A DNA stretch of 63,079 nucleotides. Origin: Candidatus Thorarchaeota archaeon (GTDB lineage: Archaea > Asgardarchaeota > Thorarchaeia > Thorarchaeales > Thorarchaeaceae). A program made the position numbers and the translations under genes. The first letter of the stretch is position 1. Each line of letters opens with the position of its first letter. A model generated the notes under the pieces. That model had not been told where the DNA came from, ran no database searches, and saw only the letters and a list, made by a program, of their open reading frames with translations. This document shows, piece after piece, positions 56,728 through 63,079 of this stretch. Location of the stretch: NCBI GenBank assembly GCA_003662765.1, contig QMYR01000001.1, positions 1 to 63,079 of the forward strand, given 5' to 3'.

Positions 56728-58734
56728 ATGCCCATGCTGCGGAGGTCGCTCATTCTTGTCTTGGTGTTTGTCGTGACTCTTGCCCCGACTCTCGCCGTAC
56801 AACCTGATACGGCCCACGTACTGGTACCATCCCACCCAACACATGGAACAGAACACACCGCAGCCATGGACAGTATCAATGTCACTCAGTTGATGGAGAG
56901 CATCGCGAACTCGGTTTCCCATGTGCGTATTGAGAATCTGACGCGCGACCTATCGACAGGGTATCCGGCTCGAACATGGGACATAGACACGGACACGCCA
57001 TCTGACAGTCTTGTGCAAGCATGGAATTGGGCGAACGAGAGCCTCATGGCACTCACGGGTGGAGAACTTTGGTTTAGAAATGCGACCAAGTATCATGCTC
57101 TGTACGCCATCAAGCAGGGAATCGGAGCAGTGCCCAGACAAGCCATCATCATCACAGGCGTGATAGACAGCCTTCAAATCGCAGGTGCGAACGACGTTGC
57201 AGTGAGTGTTGCGGCGGTCTTGGAAACCGCACGAGTGTTGCAGAACCTGAGCCTCTACTGTGATGTGTACTATGTGCTCACAAGCGCCGGCCGAGTGGAT
57301 CCCGATCATGACCTCGGTGCGTCGTCTTTTGTAGATTGGCTGACAGAGAACGATATCGAGATCATCACCGCAATTGCGTATGATAGGCTTCTGTTCCATC
57401 GGTCGCAGTATCCCTTCGGATTGAACATTGCATTGCGGTCGTTGCTCGACTCATCGTTGTACCAGAGGGACAGCTGGATCTCGGATCTAATGATCCTGTT
57501 TTCTCGAGACTATGGCAACGGCCTCCTCCGGACTCTGGTTGACAAGGGCAGTTCAACACGTTCGTTCGCTTACGAGATGTGGCTTCGCGGCATTCCCGCC
57601 GTATACGTTTCACAGGGGTACTATCATGATAGTGCGAGCGGGACAAGCGATGACACGTATGATTACTACTATTACAGCTACGAGAAGGCCGCCGAGGCGG
57701 TTGCGTCCGTCAGCGCAATGGCATATCTGGTAGGGCTCTTCGGGGCGGGAAAGGCTCTCCTATATTCCTCGCAGGGGACTGTCACGCCAACCACCGAGGT
57801 TTCGTGTGATATCGTCACTAACATTAGACAGTACGTCAACGCATCAATTACGTGGCTCAATCAGAGTACGATTAGAGCAAATATCATCAGAGAGACCACC
57901 GGGGAAACTGTCTACCAACGTGTGGAGAGTGACGGACACATCACTCTGAAGTATCTTGCAACTGAGCCGGGAATGTATCGAGTTGTGGTTGAACTTGCAG
58001 AGGGAAACAACACCACTGTGAGTCTTCAGGTTGTGCACTCCAACGACTGCGACGGTGACTCTCTCTCTGACGAGTACGAAGTGTCCCACGGGCTCAACCC
58101 CTACCTCTTGGACTCGGACAGAGATGGTTTGAGTGACGACTTCGAGATCAGCATCGGAAGCGATCCGCGCGAGGGGGACTCGGACAACGATGGCGCACTA
58201 GACTATGATGAGTATATTTGGGGGTCGGACCTGCTTCTGAATGATACAGACCATGACAACATCACCGACGGAGAGGAGGCCGCGCTTGGGATATCTCCAG
58301 TCGACCCCGATACAGATGGAGATGGCATCAACGATTACGACGAGGTTTACGTTTACCACACGGATCCCTTGAACGTGGACACTGACGGAGATGGACTGCA
58401 GGACGCCTACGAGATAACTATGGGTCTCAACCCATTGTCGCGTGACACTGATGGAGACTCTCTCAGTGACATGTTCGAGGTCCTGAACCACATCGACCCC
58501 ACACTTCGCGACACTGATGGGGACGGGTGGACTGACGCCTATGAGGTGTACCACTGTATGTCACCCACCAGTCCCGACACCGATGGCGACCTCCTGCCCG
58601 ATGCTTGGGACTGGGATCCAACAGACCATTGGGTAACGGCCGTGGCACCAGTATCTGTGTTGGCTGCCATCCTTCTTCTGGCCGTGTTCGCATTCCTCAA
58701 GCACAGGAAATACATCAAGACTGGTGGAAGCTAG
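56728..58734 (+). CDS. paralogous membrane-anchored surface protein (degenerate M28-like domain, beta-sandwich, nine TSP3-like repeats, C-terminal TM anchor)
   Basis: ATG at 56728 (MPMLRRSLILVLVFVVTLAPTLA) within ORF 56683-58734. GANDVAVSVAAVLETARVL. C-terminal VLAAILLLAVFAFLKHRK. Collinear with the upstream paralog. Confidence 0.75.
   Translation: MPMLRRSLILVLVFVVTLAPTLAVQPDTAHVLVPSHPTHGTEHTAAMDSINVTQLMESIANSVSHVRIENLTRDLSTGYPARTWDIDTDTPSDSLVQAWNWANESLMALTGGELWFRNATKYHALYAIKQGIGAVPRQAIIITGVIDSLQIAGANDVAVSVAAVLETARVLQNLSLYCDVYYVLTSAGRVDPDHDLGASSFVDWLTENDIEIITAIAYDRLLFHRSQYPFGLNIALRSLLDSSLYQRDSWISDLMILFSRDYGNGLLRTLVDKGSSTRSFAYEMWLRGIPAVYVSQGYYHDSASGTSDDTYDYYYYSYEKAAEAVASVSAMAYLVGLFGAGKALLYSSQGTVTPTTEVSCDIVTNIRQYVNASITWLNQSTIRANIIRETTGETVYQRVESDGHITLKYLATEPGMYRVVVELAEGNNTTVSLQVVHSNDCDGDSLSDEYEVSHGLNPYLLDSDRDGLSDDFEISIGSDPREGDSDNDGALDYDEYIWGSDLLLNDTDHDNITDGEEAALGISPVDPDTDGDGINDYDEVYVYHTDPLNVDTDGDGLQDAYEITMGLNPLSRDTDGDSLSDMFEVLNHIDPTLRDTDGDGWTDAYEVYHCMSPTSPDTDGDLLPDAWDWDPTDHWVTAVAPVSVLAAILLLAVFAFLKHRKYIKTGGS
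58045..58614 (+). repeat. nine tandem 22-23-aa thrombospondin-type-3-like repeats (coding)
   Basis: DCDGDSLSDEYE, DSDRDGLSDDFE, DSDNDGALDYDE, DTDHDNITDGEE, DTDGDGINDYDE, DTDGDGLQDAYE, DTDGDSLSDMFE, DTDGDGWTDAYE, DTDGDLLPDAWD. Confidence 0.85.
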
Positions 58735-58795
58735 CCGTACTCCAGCCGATGAGGCGCAAGACCTTTGACCTCAATTCTCAACGATAGGGAAGACC

Positions 58796-59635
58796 ATGAA
58801 GGAACTACGGGTCGCAGAGTTCAGCCTCAGGGACACGCTAGAGTGTGGTCAGACCTTCTGCTGGACAAAGCTTGATGGCGGGTATGTCACGACAGATGTG
58901 GGCCAAGTTGTGTATGTGGAGCAGGATGAGGACATTCTACGCTATGCCACATCGGAGAGGGATGTTTCGCTCACGCGCTTGTTCAGGCTTGATGACCCCC
59001 TCGCCGAGATTCACGGGCAAATTGACAAAGACGAGCTGATGCATCAGAGCATAGCATTCGCCCCTGGCTTGCGAATCATTTCAGACCCATTCTTTCCCTG
59101 TCTGATCTCATTCATCTGTTCCATACGGAACAACATCCCATCAATCAGACGCGTGGTTCAGAGGATCAGAGAGAGGTATGGTCCGATGTACGAGTTCGAT
59201 GGCAGAATTTTCTATGGCATGCCGGACCCTGAACGTTTGGCACAGGTACCCGTCGGAGAATTGAGAGGGATTGGTTTGGACTGGAGAGCCGAGTTCATCG
59301 TGCGTACTTCCCGGGCAATTGTCAACGAAGAAGTATCGGAGGCTCAACTGCGTTCTATGCCATACGACACCGCTCATTCAACACTGAAGCAGCTGCATGG
59401 TGTCGGTGACAAGGTCGCCGACTGCGTCTGTCTGTTTTCATTGGGGTTCCTTGAGGCATTCCCAATCGATGTCTGGATAGAGCGTGTCATCCAGAAACAG
59501 TATGGAATCTTCACTCATAGTGCAAAGTCTTACGCCAACAAGTCGCAAGCCGCCCGGGAGTACTTTGGGCCCTATGCAGGGTATGCTCAGGAGTATCTCT
59601 ACTACTATACCCGCAGCACCTACTGTCGTAGATGA
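58796..59635 (+). CDS. ogg: 8-oxoguanine DNA glycosylase (OGG1-type, HhH-GPD)
   Basis: N-terminal LRDTLECGQTFCW. HhH-GPD segment LKQLHGVGDKVADCVCLFSLGFLEAFPIDVWI contains the catalytic Lys and Asp. Confidence 0.8.
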   Translation: MKELRVAEFSLRDTLECGQTFCWTKLDGGYVTTDVGQVVYVEQDEDILRYATSERDVSLTRLFRLDDPLAEIHGQIDKDELMHQSIAFAPGLRIISDPFFPCLISFICSIRNNIPSIRRVVQRIRERYGPMYEFDGRIFYGMPDPERLAQVPVGELRGIGLDWRAEFIVRTSRAIVNEEVSEAQLRSMPYDTAHSTLKQLHGVGDKVADCVCLFSLGFLEAFPIDVWIERVIQKQYGIFTHSAKSYANKSQAAREYFGPYAGYAQEYLYYYTRSTYCRR

Positions 59636-59636
59636 C

Positions 59637-60773
59637 CTAGAAGCTCTGTTTCTTCTGGCGTTTCCGCGCATACCACGACCGATTCGTGATGCCTTTGGAG
59701 ATCTCCCATGCACGGGTTTCGTAGAACTGCAATGGATGAAGAACGTACTCGCACAGGGGATCATACGCCATGCCAAGGTAGACAGGACAGAGACCATTTC
59801 CCTGGAGCTTTCGGCACCCAGGGGCAGTATATCCCTCACGCGTAGATGCGCCCCGCCTCTGACCGGCTATGTGTTCCACCTGATAACGTGCAAGGTCGTG
59901 AACGAAGTCTGGCGAGGCGCTGAACACACGCATGACCTCATTGGTGTCCATGCCAATGTTCAGAAGAAAGGCAGCGAGGGCAAAACGTGCCTCGTGGGGC
60001 AGGTTCTTGCCGGCCTTTGCATCAGCGTGCATCTGGGCAATGCATGGCGGGAAGGCGCTGGTTGTTGTTTCGGTTATCTCGATTGGTGCGGCACGACGAA
60101 TCTTCGCACCCAGTTCACTCTCTATGCGCTGAACGGCCTCCGTCAGGCGTGCAGGCAGCAGACCTGGCACCTCGATTGCAGATTGGAGAATCAACTGCTT
60201 GAACTTCCCAGATATCAACCTGTCAAGTTCAGATCTCCGAACGGGCACCCAGCCTCGGTCAAGTGGTCGGTTGATGAGCTTCCAAGAACTCTGATGGAAA
60301 CGCGGTGAGACCTCCAAGAAGTCTTCGAACCGCATTCGAAGCTCGTAGAGGCGCAATGGGACTGGCAGTCGATTCCGCTCACTTGCCGATGTCACCATCC
60401 GGATGTTCCACCCAAAGGATTCAGATGCCAAGTTGACGACAAAGGGAGTTTCTTCCTCAGACAGGTACCGGTTCACCGCCTTCGACTCCGCCTCCGCTTG
60501 GTACTCCTTCAGTCGCGTATTTCCAATCTTCTCGACTATCAGCCGGGCTGTGTTGTAGACCAGAAAGTCGCGCGGATCCCGAGTGTCTGTCACCTGAATT
60601 GGCTCCTGATCGAGAGCGGCAATCACACGGAGCTCCGCAGCCTCAACAATGTACTCGTTTTCGCGCCGACTCAGTAGTTCAATCAATGCACGCACGTCAC
60701 GAGCTAGAGTGCTGGCCTCCTTACGAGCCTGAGCTGAGAAGGGATATCTGAGATAGCGGCGCACTCGAACCAA
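59637..60773 (-). CDS. priL: DNA primase large subunit PriL
   Basis: FPPCIAQMHADAKAGKNLPHEARFALAAFLLNIGMD and downstream Cys residues (PGCRKLQGNGLCP) form the Fe-S domain. Confidence 0.8.
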   Translation of the reverse strand: MVRVRRYLRYPFSAQARKEASTLARDVRALIELLSRRENEYIVEAAELRVIAALDQEPIQVTDTRDPRDFLVYNTARLIVEKIGNTRLKEYQAEAESKAVNRYLSEEETPFVVNLASESFGWNIRMVTSASERNRLPVPLRLYELRMRFEDFLEVSPRFHQSSWKLINRPLDRGWVPVRRSELDRLISGKFKQLILQSAIEVPGLLPARLTEAVQRIESELGAKIRRAAPIEITETTTSAFPPCIAQMHADAKAGKNLPHEARFALAAFLLNIGMDTNEVMRVFSASPDFVHDLARYQVEHIAGQRRGASTREGYTAPGCRKLQGNGLCPVYLGMAYDPLCEYVLHPLQFYETRAWEISKGITNRSWYARKRQKKQSF

Positions 60774-60810
60774 TCCGTTTCCTCCGTCAGTAGGCTATCC
60801 TAGGTCGCCC

Positions 60811-61014
60811 CTAATAGGTTGGTCTATAGTCATCGACACCACGGTCGTAGAACTTCTTTCCACAGGCCGCGCACTTGAAGACCTGAATGCCACGGGACAT
60901 TGCCCATCGATCGAGTACACGCACGACACGGTTGCTTCCGCACCGTGGACAGTGAATCTCCGTTTCGTCATATGCCCATGGCGAGCGCCGCCTGCTTGAC
61001 TTCATTCTGGCCAC
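60811..61014 (-). CDS. small zinc-ribbon protein (CPxCG type)
   Basis: 67 aa with CPRCGSN...x20...CAACGKKF. Confidence 0.5.
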   Translation of the reverse strand: MARMKSSRRRSPWAYDETEIHCPRCGSNRVVRVLDRWAMSRGIQVFKCAACGKKFYDRGVDDYRPTY

Positions 61015-61029
61015 CGGACATATTCTAGT

Positions 61030-61689
61030 CTATTTGAAGACTTTTACACCTATCACAACAGCTCTATAGTTGCCAAGACGACAGGCCGAGATTCTTCTCA
61101 GACCAGCCTCCTCAAAGAGGTGCATTATGTCATCCACACTCCGCTTGCACATGTGGGGATAGCGCTTCCGAGCCTGCTCTTCAGCCATTCCAGAATGCGT
61201 CATTGCATCAACGAAGGCGGCCTCATCACCCGACACATAGTCCATTGCCGCACACACACCACCGGGTTTCAATAAACAACGGGCGAACAAGAGAACACGC
61301 TCTGGTCGTTCCAGTTCATGAAGCAGAAAGCCAGAGAACACTAGGTCAGCGTTCTCAGTACCAAGTGGGGGGTCACCCTGATCGAGGTCGTGACAGATGA
61401 GCCTGAAGCTGACATCTGGTGACAGCGTTTCAAGGAACTCCTGTGCCTGACCAAGCATCTCCCGGCTGGCGTCTATTCCGTACAGCGTGTTGGCCCCCAG
61501 AAGACGAGCCGCGTCCACGAGAAACAGGCCCGGACCACATCCAAGATCAACAACGCACATCCTCGGACTGGCACCAATCATATCTCTCAGGGCTGTCCAA
61601 AATGCAGCACCGTAGCGATGCCTGTAAGACTCAATCATGCATGCCACGCGTTTTGGGTCCTGCCAGTCCGCTCTACCGAGGTCCTCCAT
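61030..61689 (-). CDS. class I SAM-dependent methyltransferase
   Basis: Motif I VVDLGCGPGLF, motif II-like DLVFSGFLLHE. Confidence 0.85.
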   Translation of the reverse strand: MEDLGRADWQDPKRVACMIESYRHRYGAAFWTALRDMIGASPRMCVVDLGCGPGLFLVDAARLLGANTLYGIDASREMLGQAQEFLETLSPDVSFRLICHDLDQGDPPLGTENADLVFSGFLLHELERPERVLLFARCLLKPGGVCAAMDYVSGDEAAFVDAMTHSGMAEEQARKRYPHMCKRSVDDIMHLFEEAGLRRISACRLGNYRAVVIGVKVFK

Positions 61690-61691
61690 GC

Positions 61692-62231
61692 CTAGTGCCG
61701 TCCCAGTATGAAATCTGCGCGAAGCAGCAGGGTGAGGAACTCGCCCAGACTCTGGCGAAGTATCTCGGGATCGCTATACAATTGTTTGAGTTTGTCACGT
61801 CGGCCCTCCAACGATGGGTTGGTCTTCTCATTGATCAACTTGTACGCCGCGTTCGGACGCTCTGCCCATCGGCATAGCTCTTCGTGGTTTGAGTTCAGGA
61901 ACAGCACGACAGGGGTCTTTCTCTTCCCGTTGACCTTGAATAGCTGGTGGAACTCCACATTGGCGTCGCTGTCCAGTATGCGCAGGTGGACTCTGGGGGA
62001 CACTGAGGCCATCCGGGCCAAGACGGGGAGATTGCCTGCAGTGTCATAGCAACGGTCTGTTCCTATCACGAGTATGTAGATATCGTTCTGAATGCTCCTG
62101 AGCAGCTCAGCCTCTTCCTCGTTGATCATCAGGTCGTTGAATCGCGCCTTCATGAGCTCCACGTTCTCGCGAGCTGCCTTCAAGAAGTCCTCATAGGAGA
62201 TGGCCTTGTCCCACTCTGCACTGAAAGACAT
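61692..62231 (-). CDS. thioredoxin-fold protein (Thioredoxin_9-like) lacking the CxxC pair
   Basis: IYILVIGTDRCYDTAGNLPVLARM...RKTPVVLFLNSNHEELCRWAERP fits the Thioredoxin_9 layout, but WCGDC is replaced by DRCYDT. Start lies 2 nt before the methyltransferase start region. Confidence 0.55.
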   Translation of the reverse strand: MSFSAEWDKAISYEDFLKAARENVELMKARFNDLMINEEEAELLRSIQNDIYILVIGTDRCYDTAGNLPVLARMASVSPRVHLRILDSDANVEFHQLFKVNGKRKTPVVLFLNSNHEELCRWAERPNAAYKLINEKTNPSLEGRRDKLKQLYSDPEILRQSLGEFLTLLLRADFILGRH

Positions 62232-62378
62232 GATACACCACTTCAGAGTCTAAGAACCCTCATGACTACACGATTTCAGGAAATAAAAGGGTTGCCTGAA
62301 TAGCAACCTGTGAGAGTACTTTCGGTCACCTGTTGCGCTTATCATCATTCGAGCACATGAGGAATGTTGAAAACGACG

Positions 62379-63079
62379 ATGAAGCGGTCAGGCGTTGCGG
62401 ACCTCAAACTGCATCCGGGAAGAGCTCCACACTGGCTAGTCAAACGCATGATGCCAATGGCCAGTGCTCTCTGTGAGTTCATAGTTCATGAGTATGGGAC
62501 AACGGAGCTCTTGAAGCGGCTGGCTGACCCCATCTACTTCCAGGCACTCTCCAACGTGCTAGGCTTTGATTGGGACAGCTCCGGATCGACGACTGTGACC
62601 TGTGGTGTGTTGGCCTCAGTACTCAACCTCGAAACACACGGTGTGGTAGGCCTTGGTGGGAAGGGCACCGCCTCAACAAGGACACCTGAACAACTGAGAG
62701 CACTGGAGGACTACGGGCTCGACGGCGGTCGCTTGGCAGACGTCAGCCGACTCGTTGCCAAGGTGGACAACGCGGCCATCCAAGACGGGTACCAGCTCTA
62801 TCAGCATGTCTTCTTTGTTGATACAGATGAGAACTGGACAGTGGTCCAGCAGGGAATGAACGGGGAGAGCGGCGATGCTCGCCGGTATCACTGGTGTTCG
62901 AATCAGGTCACCAACTTCGTGGAGGAGCCTCATTCAGGGATAGTTTCAGGGGAGATTGCCAAGTCTGTGCTCGATATGACAGCGTCCGAGTCTAGGGACT
63001 GTCGGAACGTCTCCGTTGACATTGTGAAGGATGGGCCAGTGCGAGTACGGCGAATGTTCGAGAATCTCAAGCCGTATGG
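62379..63079 (+). CDS. DUF763-family protein, N-terminal part (gene runs off the right edge)
   Basis: Absent from the ORF track (no stop in window). Translation from ATG at 62379: MKRSGVADLKLHPGRAPHWLVKRMMPMASALCEFIVHEYGTTELLKRLADPIYFQALSNVLGFDWDSSGSTTV..., matching the LPLHGGKAPxWL...DWHSSGxTT pattern I recall for DUF763. Confidence 0.6.
   Translation, partial: MKRSGVADLKLHPGRAPHWLVKRMMPMASALCEFIVHEYGTTELLKRLADPIYFQALSNVLGFDWDSSGSTTVTCGVLASVLNLETHGVVGLGGKGTASTRTPEQLRALEDYGLDGGRLADVSRLVAKVDNAAIQDGYQLYQHVFFVDTDENWTVVQQGMNGESGDARRYHWCSNQVTNFVEEPHSGIVSGEIAKSVLDMTASESRDCRNVSVDIVKDGPVRVRRMFENLKPY

Noticed and set aside
62270-62352. Minus-strand ATGATGA ... CTGA pair about 70 nt apart, resembling C and D boxes of a C/D sRNA.
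   Set aside because: There are no convincing internal C'/D' boxes or terminal stem. Such short motifs occur by chance, and the region is more simply a divergent promoter spacer.

Overview
Densely coding archaeal chromosomal segment: 57 protein-coding calls on both strands plus two tRNA-Arg genes. I found no rRNA, CRISPR array, transposase, integrase or recognisable defence island. Archaeal identity rests on a family-B DNA polymerase, primase large subunit PriL, ABCE1, ArcS/RaSEA archaeosine genes, a bifunctional FBP aldolase/phosphatase, archaeal-type TIM and a complete nurA-herA-mre11-rad50 cluster. Frequent acidic low-complexity extensions and a Par14-like parvulin hint at an uncultured, possibly Asgard/TACK-grade lineage, but I cannot place it from sequence alone. 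Most of the window is housekeeping. The least explained parts are: (i) a divergently organised ~12-kb envelope module with two ABC ATPases (one with an AbrB-like plus zinc-ribbon tail), two ~960-aa double-FtsX permeases, an orphan MobB-like P-loop gene, and two paralogous surface proteins each carrying a degenerate M28-like domain and nine thrombospondin-type-3-like calcium repeats; (ii) the DSB-repair operon running without gaps into two paralogous GT-C-like polytopic membrane proteins; (iii) a DUF1998 helicase packed against arcS-raSEA; (iv) a canonical PIP box at the N-terminus of PolB; (v) an overlapped YkgJ-PHP-Mut7C trio. All functional calls come from reading motifs by eye against remembered family signatures. 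No database search was run, so none of the candidate systems is confirmed.
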